From Candidatus Saccharimonadales bacterium (GTDB taxonomy: Bacteria; Patescibacteriota; Saccharimonadia; QS-5-54-17), in assembly GCA_040903985.1 (NCBI GenBank), contig JBBDUI010000002.1, forward strand, positions 326,038 through 390,037: a stretch of 64,000 nucleotides of DNA, written 5' to 3'. The notes under the pieces are model-generated. The model was not told the DNA's origin. It worked only from the letters and a program-made list of their open reading frames with translations, and made no database searches. Positions 10,310 through 21,169 of the stretch are shown piece by piece (position 1 is the first letter of the stretch; every line of letters starts with the position of its first letter). A program made the position numbers and the translations under genes.

Positions 10310-10741
10310 ATGCCAATCATTAAATCTGCCGCCAAACGTGTGCGGCAAAACGCTAAACGAGCCACTATTAACTCACGTTATAAACGAGAGATGCGCGCTA
10401 GTATCAAACAGCTAGAGGCCGACATCGCCACCAAGAAGAAGACGACTGCACCCGCCTCACTCGCTGCCGCTCAAAAAGCCATCGACAAGGCCGTTAAGAA
10501 AGGTGTGATTCACCAGAACACGGCCGCTCGACGTAAATCACGTCTCAGCCGTAGCTTTGCGGCTACTTTCGATACACCTGCTTCGACTACTAAAACAGCT
10601 AAGAAGACTCCGGCGAAAAAGACCGCACCGACTAAGAAAACCTCAACTAAGAAACCGGCAGCTAAGAAAACAGCTAAGGCCCCAGCTAAGAAGCCGGCTA
10701 CGAAATCGACTGCCAAGAAAACAGCTACCAAAAAGTCCTAG
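10310..10741 (+). CDS. rpsT: 30S ribosomal protein S20 with K/A/T/P-rich tail
   Basis: MPIIKSAAKRVRQ, IDKAVKKGVIHQNTAARRKSRL followed by about 55 aa of PAKK-type repeats. Confidence 0.95.
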   Translation: MPIIKSAAKRVRQNAKRATINSRYKREMRASIKQLEADIATKKKTTAPASLAAAQKAIDKAVKKGVIHQNTAARRKSRLSRSFAATFDTPASTTKTAKKTPAKKTAPTKKTSTKKPAAKKTAKAPAKKPATKSTAKKTATKKS

Positions 10742-10770
10742 CACTATAAACTATCACTAAGTATCGACTA

Positions 10771-10805
10771 GCCTACCCGGTAATCTGCCGGGTAGGTTTA
10801 TTTTT
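10771..10805 (+). terminator. Intrinsic terminator between convergent rpsT and holA
   Basis: GCCTACCCGG/CCGGGTAGGT stem followed by TTATTTTT. Confidence 0.75.
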
Positions 10806-10809
10806 AGGC

Positions 10810-11754
10810 TTAGTTTCTACTCCGTGGTCGACTGACATCGGCTATATAGAAGATCACCCGCTCGATTAGACCCTCTGGGTCGGTAGAACGGCCGGTCTTT
10901 AACTCATAATCGGCTTGTATCACCTGCTGATAGGCCGCAATTAGTGCCTCCAAGGGTATACGCTTAGCCGTCGCCTTCGACTTACTAACCACATACGGAT
11001 TAAGGCCGTGGTCGCGCGCAATCGCAGTGTCCGAATGCTCCCTGCAGCTAGCGATAACTATCAGATTACGTAGCTGCCAGCTAATCATCGTCAGTATCTC
11101 TAACACATGCACGCCCTGCGCACGTAAATCGTCCCAGTAGCGCAGGGCTGTCTCAGTATCCCCGCGAGCTAACACTTCTAGTAGTTCAAATATAGTGTGG
11201 CGGGGACTGGGCAACACCAGACTCTCAATTAATTCAACCGTTAGATCGCTCCTGGAGGCTAGCTTTGCCACCTCCTGGCTTAAACGCCACTGGTCGGAGC
11301 CAACACGATCGAGTAATAATCGAGCCAATTCCGGAGATAACTCGAGCCCTTCGGCCTTAGACTGCTGCTGCAACCAGGCCAGTAACTGAGCATCGCTTTT
11401 CGGTTTAAACTCCTTAAGTTTAGCTTGCTGTTGCAGAGTCTTAAACCACTTAGTCCGTTTGTCGATATTCGGATCTACTAACACTACTACTGTACTCGAC
11501 GGTATCTGATCGATATTAGCTAAAATCTTAGTTTGCAGCTCTTTATTCTGCGATGGATTCTCTACCACTACTAGGCTACTATCGGCAAACATCGGTTGCG
11601 CCGTCAGAGCCGTTAGCACTTGGGTGCTATCACTGTCGCTCTCGAACCAGTGCAGGCCGTAGTTCGAACCAGTACTGCCCTCATAGCGCTTCGCTAGCTT
11701 ACGGACTTGGTCCTTAGCCGCAAAAGTATTCTCACCGTAGAATAGATACACCAT
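10810..11754 (-). CDS. holA: DNA polymerase III delta subunit
   Basis: MVYLFYGEN, PMFAD..LVVV, DKRTK, L.QEVAKL, IFELL, D..LKTG; convergent with rpsT as is common. Confidence 0.9.
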   Translation of the reverse strand: MVYLFYGENTFAAKDQVRKLAKRYEGSTGSNYGLHWFESDSDSTQVLTALTAQPMFADSSLVVVENPSQNKELQTKILANIDQIPSSTVVVLVDPNIDKRTKWFKTLQQQAKLKEFKPKSDAQLLAWLQQQSKAEGLELSPELARLLLDRVGSDQWRLSQEVAKLASRSDLTVELIESLVLPSPRHTIFELLEVLARGDTETALRYWDDLRAQGVHVLEILTMISWQLRNLIVIASCREHSDTAIARDHGLNPYVVSKSKATAKRIPLEALIAAYQQVIQADYELKTGRSTDPEGLIERVIFYIADVSRPRSRN

Positions 11755-11779
11755 ACAGGTAGTATCTAGGATTTAAGTC

Positions 11780-12661
11780 TTAGGTTCTAGTCTTGAGCAG
11801 CTGACACTGTGGGCAAATGTGTGTACCGCGGCCAGCTACCCGCAGTTTATCGATCGGCGTACTACACTCCGGACAGGGTTGGTTCGTGCGCCCAAATACG
11901 CGGGCCATTTCGAAATAACCACCACTCTCCCCTTTGTGATTCCTAAAGTTACGAAAAGTTGTACCTTTGAGCTCGATAGCTCGGGTGATAATAGTGATGA
12001 TGGCTTGATGCAGTCGCCTCAGCTCAGTTGGAGACAGATCAATACCGTGGGTGAGCGGGTGAATTCGCGCTAAGTGCAACGCCTCATCGACGTAAATGTT
12101 TCCCAGTCCTGCCACAGTCGACTGGTCCAGTAGTACCGCTTTGATCGGTGATTTACGGCGAGCTACTTTAGCGGTGAAGTTCGAGAACGTAAATTCTGTA
12201 CTCAAAGGTTCCACGCCCATACGAGTGAGTAATGAATCTTGCTCAACCTCCGCCGTTGGTAGTAGTTTTATCCAGCCGAATTTACGCTGATCGTTGAAAA
12301 AAAGTCGATCTCCACCCCTGAAATTGAACACGACGCGGGTGCTATTATCCGGCAGCTCACGCACCATCGATTTTGTAGGATGGCCACCACCGCGCCGCAC
12401 GCCATCAGCGCGCTGCAGGATTAGCTGGCCGGTCATTTTTAGGTGCACCATTAGACTATAGTGGGTGTCGAGATCGACAATCATCACCTTACCCCGGCGG
12501 CGCAGAGCACTCACCTTTGCTCCTACTACCCTATCCGCGATCAGCTGCTCGAGGGCGGGCATCGACTTGGCAAACAGTATCTCCGTGCTCGCAATCAGCT
12601 GTCCCGTTAGCTCTCTCTCCAGTCCACTGCGAATCGTCTCTACTTCCGGTAGTTCCGGCAT
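11780..12661 (-). CDS. mutM: Formamidopyrimidine-DNA glycosylase
   Basis: MPELPEVET, RRGK, HLKMTG, GLGNIY.DE, C-terminal CPEC...CPQCQ zinc finger. Confidence 0.97.
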   Translation of the reverse strand: MPELPEVETIRSGLERELTGQLIASTEILFAKSMPALEQLIADRVVGAKVSALRRRGKVMIVDLDTHYSLMVHLKMTGQLILQRADGVRRGGGHPTKSMVRELPDNSTRVVFNFRGGDRLFFNDQRKFGWIKLLPTAEVEQDSLLTRMGVEPLSTEFTFSNFTAKVARRKSPIKAVLLDQSTVAGLGNIYVDEALHLARIHPLTHGIDLSPTELRRLHQAIITIITRAIELKGTTFRNFRNHKGESGGYFEMARVFGRTNQPCPECSTPIDKLRVAGRGTHICPQCQLLKTRT

Positions 12662-12668
12662 AACTCCC

Positions 12669-13103
12669 CTAGCCCTGTATGGTGCGTTTGAGCATTAAGA
12701 GGCAGACGCCAACGACTCCGAAGGCTAACAGTGAACCGAACGGGATCGTCATAAAGCCTAGAAGCTCGATCTGCTTCTCTGTGCAGGAAACTAGCGAAGC
12801 GCTGCAGACACTAGATACCTGCGGTGACATCTGTAGGACATAGTGATAGAGCGCAACGGCCGCGCCGACTATCACTAGTGGCATACCGTACCAGAAGACA
12901 TCGGTCTTCTTCTGCGCTAGAGCGGCCCCGAAAATAAACGGTAGCGGATACATAAAGGCGCGCTGCCACCAGCATAGTTCACAGGGGAGAAAATCAAGAA
13001 CGTTGCTAAGAATAATTGAGCCTAAAGCAGCTGAAAGCGAGATGAAGAAGGCGGCCTGCAGCCAAAACAGGGGCGTCACAGTAAGTTGTCTGACTTTATC
13101 CAT
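12669..13103 (-). CDS. Disulfide bond formation protein (DsbB/BdbC family)
   Basis: PCELCWWQR..MYP, second Cys pair, four TM helices, TIPF. Confidence 0.88.
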   Translation of the reverse strand: MDKVRQLTVTPLFWLQAAFFISLSAALGSIILSNVLDFLPCELCWWQRAFMYPLPFIFGAALAQKKTDVFWYGMPLVIVGAAVALYHYVLQMSPQVSSVCSASLVSCTEKQIELLGFMTIPFGSLLAFGVVGVCLLMLKRTIQG

Positions 13104-13142
13104 ACCTATCTCCTTATCGGTCTTGAGTATTAATATAGCAGA

Positions 13143-14075
13143 TTATTGCGGTCGACTGTGTTGGCTCACGCCCTCAACCCAGCGCCCATACTCTGCCCGC
13201 GTCTCCTCTACTGTGCGCCCATTGGTATCGAATAAGACATGCCTGGAATCACTCCCGTCTGGCTGTCTCCCTACGACTAGTTCAACCTTCCCGTGCCAAA
13301 GCCGGGCATCTGTCTCCGTACTCCAGGCTACTAAGTGGTCTTTGGTCAGTGCCATCGGGTCGGCATGGTTACTAGAATCGCTATCCCGCGCGTTACGCTC
13401 ACTAAGACTCCGGGCGCGGGTGCGGACTATTGGATCGTCATTTGAGAGTGTCCTGTAGGGTATATCTTTGTCCCGCGATAGCGTCCTATGAGCTGCCTCG
13501 ACCACATCGACCTTAAAAAAAGCCGGCAGGCCTAGGCGCGCCTGTTGGCGTAAGCGAAGATTCTGACGCAGACCGCGGATCATCACGTTGCGCTCACTAC
13601 GACCGTCGAGGTAGACACTGTCCAACTCCCGCTCGGCCGCATCGAGTACAAAGCGAACCGAAATATTACCGCAAAAGCTCCGCACCGCCTCTTTACGGGC
13701 GAGAAATGAGATGACGTCATTAATCGCATCGTGATATAGAACCTGAGGAATGTTAGCCAGCGGAATATGGTCGGTATCGATGCGTACGCCTTCCACCCCA
13801 AACGCTACCGTTCGACTGAGCGAGTCAGCAAACTGAGCTAAGTGTTCCTCATCTTCGGTGAACGCCCGCGCCTGCTGGCGCAGACGTTCAGTGTCGCTGC
13901 GATCAAAATTAGCATCTGCTTCGGCTTGAACTCGGAGCCAATACTCAGTAACGGCCCGGTAACCCTGGCCAGTATCGAGGTGCGGCACGCCCTGCTTGCT
14001 CAGCCAGCTGCCGATAGTTCCCTTGCCGGATCCACCGGTTCCGTCACCGGTATGTACTAGTACTTCATGGGGCAT
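13143..14075 (-). CDS. Divergent cytidylate-kinase-like P-loop protein
   Basis: DGTGGSGKGT, HLDTGQGYRA, LDGR, RNARDS, LFDT motifs in Cmk order, with long insertions. Confidence 0.6.
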   Translation of the reverse strand: MPHEVLVHTGDGTGGSGKGTIGSWLSKQGVPHLDTGQGYRAVTEYWLRVQAEADANFDRSDTERLRQQARAFTEDEEHLAQFADSLSRTVAFGVEGVRIDTDHIPLANIPQVLYHDAINDVISFLARKEAVRSFCGNISVRFVLDAAERELDSVYLDGRSERNVMIRGLRQNLRLRQQARLGLPAFFKVDVVEAAHRTLSRDKDIPYRTLSNDDPIVRTRARSLSERNARDSDSSNHADPMALTKDHLVAWSTETDARLWHGKVELVVGRQPDGSDSRHVLFDTNGRTVEETRAEYGRWVEGVSQHSRPQ

Positions 14076-14146
14076 ATTTAATCTCTACCTTCTTCTACTA
14101 CTCCTAGCATAGAGCTAACACTTCAGAAGACACAAGCATGAGCGTC

Positions 14147-16693
14147 TTAGTGCAGCTCGCCCCACGTCTCACCGATCGAAGTATCGACATCGAGCCGGAC
14201 CGCTAATTCCGGAGCGATCGCCTCCATAATCTCCTTGAGCATCTGGGCCACCTGCTTACTCTTGGTTTGGGGCGCCTCCACGATAATCGAGTCGTGCACC
14301 TGCATCACCTGACGGCAGTCCTCATCTAATACTTCCTCCACTCTAATCATCGCCAGCTTCATTAAATCGGCCTCTGTGCCCTGAATCGGCATGTTCATCG
14401 CCGCTCGTTCGGCCCCGGCACGTACCGCGAAATTACTAGAATGAATATCCGGCATCGGGCGGCGGCGCCCCAAAAGAGTCTCAACGTAACCTTGAGACTT
14501 AGCCAACCCTTTCAACCCCTCCAGATAGGTATGCAGCTCCGGGCGCAGATCAAAGTACTTCTTGATAAAGCTAGCGGCCTCTTCCCGGCTCATACCGGTA
14601 GCAATACTCAATCCGTGCGGACTCATGCCATACATCACACCAAAATTAACCGCCTTGGCATTGTAACGCTGCTCCTTGCTGACCTTCTCCGGTTCAACCC
14701 CATAAAGTTCAGCCGCCGTTAACTGGTGGATATCCCACCCGGCGTTAAAGGCCGTAATCATCTGTTTATCCCCACTGAGGGCGGCAGCTAAGCGCAGCTC
14801 GAACTGCGAGTAGTCGGCACTAATTAACACGTTCCCGGATTCGGCCGTAAAGGCCGTACGAATTGCCCGACTCTCTTCGGTGCGCACCGGTATATTTTGC
14901 AAATTCGGATGCAGCGAGGATAGGCGACCGGTCTGAGCCACAGTCTGCGACAGGGTCGTATGTAGGCGCCCATCTTTACCTACCTGCCGGGGCAGAGTAT
15001 CGATATAAGTACTCTTCAGCTTAGTTAGCTCACGGTACCGGCTGATTAGATCGATGACCGGGTGCAGATGACGCAGTTTAGCCAATTCGCTAGCTCCGGT
15101 AGAGTAACCGGTCTTAGTCTTTTTAATCCCGGTGCTATCAAGTTGAAGCTTCTCAAATAAAATCGTTTGCAGCTGCTGGGGGGAGTTAATGTTGAACTCC
15201 TGTCCGGCTGCCTCATAAATCGCCGTCTCCAGCTCCTTAATCCGACCACTGAAATCATCGCTCATTTTCTCCAAATACCCTACATCCAGCTTCATGCCCC
15301 GAGCTTCCATTCGTGCTAAGACTGGGATCAAGGGCCACTCGATCTCCTTAACCACTCGGCTTAAAGCCGGAACAGCAGCCAGTTGATCTCGATAGACATC
15401 GTATAGCTTCCACATTACGGCCAAGATTAATCCGGCCTGAGCTAGGTCCATGTCGTCATGCCGCTCAAACTCGGCTAATTCTACCGTTAATACCTCTTGC
15501 GCTAAAGCCGCTAGCGACTGGCGACGCAGGAGCGGGTTCAGCACGAAAGCAGCCACCATAATGTCAAACTCTACCGCAACCGAGGAGTTAAGCCGGTGCA
15601 AATCAAGCTTAGTGTCAAAACCGATGATCTGGTCCACTTCGACTTGAGAGGACGGCAGTAGGTAGGCCTCGTCTGGCTTCGGGCTAATGAAGGTCAGCTC
15701 CTTCAAAGTTAAGACCAGTGCCGTCTCGCAAGAAAGTTTAGTCTCGCGCCGTTTAACTGTTATCGGTTCAATACCTGGTGCCGCTACCTCAGCCGAGTTG
15801 AACAGGCCAGCCTGCGGTTTCATCCACTCCGGTAGATCGTTCAGGAGACGCCGGAAATTTAACTCCGCAAACAAAGCTTGGATGGCAGCCGGATCACAGT
15901 CTTCAGTCCGCGCTGCAGCCAGATCTAGCTGCACCGGAGCGTCACACATGATCTCAACCAGCTGGCGACTGAGGTAGGCCATATCACGATCAGCCTCTAG
16001 TTTAGCTCGCACGGCCCCTTTAATCTCCGCAAGGTGGGCATAAACCCCATCTAGCGAATCATACTCAGCGATCAACTGTTTAGCCGTCTTCTCTCCTACC
16101 CCAGCCACTCCGGGGATGTTATCACTCGGATCACCACGTAGAGCCTTGTAGTCGATGAACTGAGCTGGAGTCATGCCGAACTCCTCTTGCAGGCGCTGGG
16201 GCGTGTACTCCACGGTCTGAGTCAGACCTTTCTTCAGTGTCAGTACACTAGTATGACCGTTAACCAGCTGCAAAGTATCTAGATCACTAGTCACTAGTAC
16301 TACATCAATGCCCTCAGCATAGGCCTGCTCCCGCAATGTACCCATGATGTCATCAGCTTCGTAGTCATCTACTTCGAGAAATGGCCAAGAGAAAGCTGCA
16401 CACAGTCGTCTCACATCTGGAATCTGCTCCCGTAAGTCCTCCGGCATTGGCTTACGCTGGGCTTTGTACTCAGGATACAGCTCACGTCGAGAGCGGATGT
16501 TAGTCTTCGACATATCCCATGCCACGATGACATAATCTGGCTTAAGATCTTTGATAATTCTCAATCCCATCATAGCAAAACCGTAGGTCGCCCCGGTCGG
16601 TTTGCCCGCCTTATTACTTAGATGAGTCATGGCATAGTAGCCCCGATAGAGGACGCTCTTACCGTCGATTACTACCAGTTTTTTTCTAGCCAT
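14147..16693 (-). CDS. polA: DNA polymerase I
   Basis: 5'-3' exonuclease (EADD, GDPSDNIPGV), polymerase motifs TGRLSS, DYSQFELR, KAVNFG..YG, QVHDS. Confidence 0.97.
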   Translation of the reverse strand: MARKKLVVIDGKSVLYRGYYAMTHLSNKAGKPTGATYGFAMMGLRIIKDLKPDYVIVAWDMSKTNIRSRRELYPEYKAQRKPMPEDLREQIPDVRRLCAAFSWPFLEVDDYEADDIMGTLREQAYAEGIDVVLVTSDLDTLQLVNGHTSVLTLKKGLTQTVEYTPQRLQEEFGMTPAQFIDYKALRGDPSDNIPGVAGVGEKTAKQLIAEYDSLDGVYAHLAEIKGAVRAKLEADRDMAYLSRQLVEIMCDAPVQLDLAAARTEDCDPAAIQALFAELNFRRLLNDLPEWMKPQAGLFNSAEVAAPGIEPITVKRRETKLSCETALVLTLKELTFISPKPDEAYLLPSSQVEVDQIIGFDTKLDLHRLNSSVAVEFDIMVAAFVLNPLLRRQSLAALAQEVLTVELAEFERHDDMDLAQAGLILAVMWKLYDVYRDQLAAVPALSRVVKEIEWPLIPVLARMEARGMKLDVGYLEKMSDDFSGRIKELETAIYEAAGQEFNINSPQQLQTILFEKLQLDSTGIKKTKTGYSTGASELAKLRHLHPVIDLISRYRELTKLKSTYIDTLPRQVGKDGRLHTTLSQTVAQTGRLSSLHPNLQNIPVRTEESRAIRTAFTAESGNVLISADYSQFELRLAAALSGDKQMITAFNAGWDIHQLTAAELYGVEPEKVSKEQRYNAKAVNFGVMYGMSPHGLSIATGMSREEAASFIKKYFDLRPELHTYLEGLKGLAKSQGYVETLLGRRRPMPDIHSSNFAVRAGAERAAMNMPIQGTEADLMKLAMIRVEEVLDEDCRQVMQVHDSIIVEAPQTKSKQVAQMLKEIMEAIAPELAVRLDVDTSIGETWGELH

Positions 16694-16738
16694 CCGAGCT
16701 CCCTAGTTTCTTCAGCCAGTATAACAACCGAATCGGGT

Positions 16739-17827
16739 TTAGCCGAGGTAGTCTCGCAGATCACGTGACTCGCGGTTCTTACGCAGCTTAGCTAAGGCCT
16801 TAGCTTCGATTTGACGAATTCGTTCACGTGTAACACCGAACTCCTGCCCCACTTCTTCCAGAGTATGAGTCCGTCCATCTTCCAGGCCGAAACGCATCTT
16901 AAGAATCTTCTGCTCCCGAGGAGTCAGGATATCAAGCATGACGTTCACATGCTCTTTAAGTAGTTGCTGCGTAGCAGCCTCTTCGGGAGTATCTGATTCT
17001 TCGTCTTCGATGAAATCACCTAATTTCGAATCCTCCTCCTCGTCTCGTACCGGAGCATCGAGGCTGGAGATCTCCTGCTTAATCTTCATGATGTGATCTA
17101 CCTTCTCGACCTCCATCTCCATCTCTTTCGCGATCTCCTCATTGGTCGGCTCACGACCCATCTCCTGGGTCATGCGGCGCTGGGTCCGCAACAGCTTATT
17201 GATCGTCTCCACCATATGAACTGGAATACGAATCGTACGGGCCTGATCAGCTATAGCGCGGGTGATAGCTTGACGAATCCACCAAGTTGCATAGGTCGAA
17301 AACTTAAAGCCTCGAGTCGGGTCGAACTTCTCTACCGCCCGCAACAGACCAGTGTTACCTTCCTGAATGAGGTCGAGCAGATCCAGACCTCGTCCGACAT
17401 ACTTCTTAGCAATCGAAACCACCAACCGCATGTTGGCTTCGGCCATCTGATCTTTTGCCTCCTTATCACCCTCAGTAACCCGGGTGGCTAGCGCTACCTC
17501 TTCCTCAGCTGAGAGCAAAGGAATCTTACCGATCTCGCGCAAGTACAGTCGAACCGAGTCGTCGGCGATGTCGTCGATATATTTATCATCGTTCTCCTCT
17601 TCCTCATCCTCGTCTTCCCAGGTAGTTCCCTTTTCGTTAATTAGCTCGACTCCGGCATCGATAAAATCGGAATGTAGTGAATCGAGAATCTCTAGGTTGT
17701 CCTCCGTCTCCGGAATGTTTTTTATAACTTCTTTATAATCGATATAGCCCTGACTTTTGCCCTTTTTAAAGAGCTTCTCTGCTACATCTTCTAAATTAAC
17801 CGGCGGTTTAGGATCTCGCTTTGCCAA
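16739..17827 (-). CDS. rpoD: Primary sigma factor RpoD/SigA
   Basis: [51 protein letters not shown]. Confidence 0.98.
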   Translation of the reverse strand: MAKRDPKPPVNLEDVAEKLFKKGKSQGYIDYKEVIKNIPETEDNLEILDSLHSDFIDAGVELINEKGTTWEDEDEEEENDDKYIDDIADDSVRLYLREIGKIPLLSAEEEVALATRVTEGDKEAKDQMAEANMRLVVSIAKKYVGRGLDLLDLIQEGNTGLLRAVEKFDPTRGFKFSTYATWWIRQAITRAIADQARTIRIPVHMVETINKLLRTQRRMTQEMGREPTNEEIAKEMEMEVEKVDHIMKIKQEISSLDAPVRDEEEDSKLGDFIEDEESDTPEEAATQQLLKEHVNVMLDILTPREQKILKMRFGLEDGRTHTLEEVGQEFGVTRERIRQIEAKALAKLRKNRESRDLRDYLG

Positions 17828-17843
17828 ACTGGACTCCTTCGTA

Positions 17844-19574
17844 TTATGTAAGTGACTGATACTGTTTTAGTAGTTTCCGGCGCAAATCATCATCTCCGGC
17901 TGCCTCTGCAGCTGCTATTTCCTGACTGATGCGCTGTCTGTGTCGTTTAGTTTGGAGTTCTTGTAGGCGGTGGGTCAAACTAAAGGCCTCAACTTGTCGG
18001 TCAAGCAGTGCCCAGGACCCGTATTCTTCTTCGCCTCTTAATAGTAGTATTTTGACATAGTTTTCTAGCGGTAGCAACTCCTCAGGGATGGCGCTATCCG
18101 TTATATCCTCTCCATGCTCTCGTAAGTAAGCTAACAGCTGAATGGCGAAGTCGTCCAGTTGTTCCGGTTTAACCTCTTTAAGCGCGCCGCGCACATCCGG
18201 GTAGGTCACCGCTAGACTCAACAGCGCAGTACTGACCGTCGTCACTTCATCATGTGTCGGCGTGGCAGTGGATACCGCCTTAACTCGCTTCAAAGTGGCT
18301 GAGCCACCCGGGCTCACCTGAGACAACTTATCCTTCACCGTCGCTGGTGCTACCGCCGTCATATCAGCTAATAGCTTAATGTAATGCTCCTGCTCGACCG
18401 GATCACGTAAGCGACGCAAACTGTCTGCAATACTACTAGTGAAGTCTCGCTTGCCCTCGGCAGTAGCGAGATCATAATCAACCGCAAGAGCTTCGATGAG
18501 CCAGTCCATCACATACTGCTTATCACTCAGTAGCTGCTGCCACTGCTTGGGATTAGCCCGTATCACATCATCCGGGTCAGAGCCGGCCGGCAGAGTCACT
18601 ACCGATAAATTTATTCCGACCTCCTGGGCCAGCGGTACAGCTCGCATGCAGGCTTTAATCCCGGCACTATCGGCATCAAAGGCAAACGTCACTTTATCAC
18701 TCAGACGAGCTAACTGCTTTAGCTGTGGCAGTGTTACAGCCGTACCACTCACCGCCACCACTCGGGCAACTCCAGCCTGATGTGAACTAAGCACGTCTAA
18801 GTTTCCCTCCACTACTACGGATTCGTCCTGAGTGCGGATACTTTCTTTCGCCTGATACAGGCCAAAAACGAAACGGCTTTTGTCGAAGAGTTGAGTCTGG
18901 GGCGTGTTGAGATACTTTGGCATCCCTTCACCCAAGACACGGCCGGTAAAACCGATGATCCGGCCCTGAACGTCAAAAAAGGGTACCATTATTCGCCCCC
19001 AGAATAGGTCTTGTAGCTGTGAACCGCGCCGGCGAGCCAACCCCGCCTCCAGCAGCTCCTTATCGGTAAAGCCCTGTTTAGTTAAGAAGTGGGTCAAACG
19101 CGAACCTTCAGGCGGAGCCCATCCCAGTCGAAACTGTTTAATTGTCGCCTCACTCAAACTCCGACGTTCAGTAACGTACTCCCTAGCGACCGACGAGCGA
19201 CTAAGCTGGATGTGATAATACTGAGCCGCGGTCTCCAGGACTGAGTACAGACGGGCCTTATGGTCCTTAGCTGCTTGGGTGTTAGCCCCACTCCGCTCGG
19301 CGAGTTCGACACCGGCCTTGCTAGCTAACTTCTCTAGGGCTTCCCTGAAAGTTAGTCCGTCGACCTTTTCCACGAAAGTGAATATGTCGCCACCTTCACC
19401 ACAACCGAAACAGTGGTATATTCCCTTATCGGGGCTAACCATGAAGCTGGGGGTCTTTTCATTGTGAAACGGGCAAAGACCCTTAAAGTTACTACCGGCC
19501 GGCTTAAGCTGAACGTACTCGCCCACCACCTCATCAACCCCAAGTCGATCTTTGATCTCCGCCACTTCATCCAT
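17844..19574 (-). CDS. dnaG: DNA primase
   Basis: [15 protein letters not shown] zinc finger, PKYLNTP, TOPRIM VEGNLD / FDADSAG. Confidence 0.97.
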   Translation of the reverse strand: MDEVAEIKDRLGVDEVVGEYVQLKPAGSNFKGLCPFHNEKTPSFMVSPDKGIYHCFGCGEGGDIFTFVEKVDGLTFREALEKLASKAGVELAERSGANTQAAKDHKARLYSVLETAAQYYHIQLSRSSVAREYVTERRSLSEATIKQFRLGWAPPEGSRLTHFLTKQGFTDKELLEAGLARRRGSQLQDLFWGRIMVPFFDVQGRIIGFTGRVLGEGMPKYLNTPQTQLFDKSRFVFGLYQAKESIRTQDESVVVEGNLDVLSSHQAGVARVVAVSGTAVTLPQLKQLARLSDKVTFAFDADSAGIKACMRAVPLAQEVGINLSVVTLPAGSDPDDVIRANPKQWQQLLSDKQYVMDWLIEALAVDYDLATAEGKRDFTSSIADSLRRLRDPVEQEHYIKLLADMTAVAPATVKDKLSQVSPGGSATLKRVKAVSTATPTHDEVTTVSTALLSLAVTYPDVRGALKEVKPEQLDDFAIQLLAYLREHGEDITDSAIPEELLPLENYVKILLLRGEEEYGSWALLDRQVEAFSLTHRLQELQTKRHRQRISQEIAAAEAAGDDDLRRKLLKQYQSLT

Positions 19575-19665
19575 GGCATTTAGTATATAGGTTTTAGGTC
19601 TAAGGTGTTAGATATTCATCTCAACAACGCTTGACCCTGACAGCTTAAGCGATAATACTTAGGCT

Positions 19666-20154
19666 ATGGAACGCTCAAAACTTATCCTCATCGGCGCTAT
19701 CTTAGGTGGAGTAGCCCTTATCTTATTCATATTGCGAGCCACGGTGGGCGGCAGTGGTGGCATCGAGATTAACCTCCGAGAGAGCCTAACAGATCATCTG
19801 ACCATGATCGAACTCAGTACGACCGCTAGCCAACAGGAGGGCAACCCTGATACCCAAGCTATTGCCGCGAGCATCACTAGCACAGCCGCCAGCGACTATA
19901 CACAGTTGGCAGCGTACTATGAGTCAGACTTTGGCGCTCCGCCCACCGAAGGCGACCCGGAAGCAATCGAAAGCCTGGCCAGAGCGGGAGAGAACTTCAA
20001 CCAAGTATACCGAGAGCTTGTCACTGCTACACTCCAAGCCTCACGCACTAACCTGTTTGCGCTCCAAGCTAACGCCGCTCACGATGACTTCGCTGCTGCT
20101 ATCGAAGTAGCCCTAGCTAATCACGAGGCTCATCTGAGCCGACTAGCGCGTTAG
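19666..20154 (+). CDS. Hypothetical membrane-anchored helical protein
   Basis: 162-aa ORF with an N-terminal hydrophobic helix. Confidence 0.65.
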   Translation: MERSKLILIGAILGGVALILFILRATVGGSGGIEINLRESLTDHLTMIELSTTASQQEGNPDTQAIAASITSTAASDYTQLAAYYESDFGAPPTEGDPEAIESLARAGENFNQVYRELVTATLQASRTNLFALQANAAHDDFAAAIEVALANHEAHLSRLAR

Positions 20155-20218
20155 CTTATCCCCTCCGGAGTGCGTATTATTAATTAAAATAAGTTAAACG
20201 ATTAAGTAGGATATAGCA

Positions 20219-20407
20219 ATGCAACTCAGCACCGGAATGATTAGAGCCATCGTCGTCTTCATAATTACCGCCAGCTTCATCTGGATGCTGCTCTATCTCA
20301 TCGGTCAGGTCGGTCTCAACTTCTTCGCCGAACCCCTGTTGATTATCATCGGTGCTGGCTGGGCGGCCTACTATATTTGGAAGAAGACCGAATACGGCCG
20401 CTATTAA
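20219..20407 (+). CDS. Small two-TM membrane protein
   Basis: 62 aa, two hydrophobic stretches, AGGA upstream. Confidence 0.55.
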   Translation: MQLSTGMIRAIVVFIITASFIWMLLYLIGQVGLNFFAEPLLIIIGAGWAAYYIWKKTEYGRY

Positions 20408-21024
20408 AATAGCGTTGGCGTCGCCTTGTAGCCACGAAGATAGTCCGGTACCGCGTACTTACTAAATTCATCCAGTAGGACCTGGCCCGTTAAGAGACGA
20501 CTAAACGCTTCGGCTTCCATCTTCGCTCCCATAAGAGCAATATGTGGGGTCGGCTCGAGCGGTAGGCCGACGTAGCGCAGCACCGTATTAGCTTTGATGT
20601 CAGATAAGCCCTGATAAAGCGGCAGTGGATGATTGAGACGTTTCATCTGCAGATACGCCATCGAATGCAAATCTAGAGCTCTGAAACCAAACGGCCAACG
20701 CAATCGCGAAGGATGCACTACTGCCTGAAGCATCGCCACGTCAAAATGAGTATTATGACCACCCAGCGTGCGCTCCTTGATCGGCTCACTCCACTCGATG
20801 AAGCGGGCCACCGCTTCGACCGCCGTAGCCTTACTATCATCACGTACTTCAGTCTCCGTAAACCCGTTCACTCGCAAGGCGCCTGGATCGATTTCAATAT
20901 TATCTGCGATACAGCACTCAACATAAAACTGGTTCGTAGCATTAGTTAAATCAACTGCACCGATACTGACGATACCGTGCCGTCCCGGCACTAGACCGGT
21001 TGTCTCTACATCTACTACTATCAT
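20404..21024 (-). CDS. DEDDh-family 3'-5' exonuclease
   Basis: VDVETTG, GHNTHFD, HIALMGA (last Asp replaced by Gly). Confidence 0.85.
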   Translation of the reverse strand: MIVVDVETTGLVPGRHGIVSIGAVDLTNATNQFYVECCIADNIEIDPGALRVNGFTETEVRDDSKATAVEAVARFIEWSEPIKERTLGGHNTHFDVAMLQAVVHPSRLRWPFGFRALDLHSMAYLQMKRLNHPLPLYQGLSDIKANTVLRYVGLPLEPTPHIALMGAKMEAEAFSRLLTGQVLLDEFSKYAVPDYLRGYKATPTLF

Positions 21025-21169
21025 AGTACTGCCCCTGTTGATCTCACGATTACTAGCTTTATTGTAGCAGTTGCTGCTAACGCCAGCCTATGCGAGAATA
21101 CGGGTAGGCAAGCAGTGCAAATGTTCGCCTCGTACCTAATCAGGCAGTCGACAAATCTGGGGGTATGTC

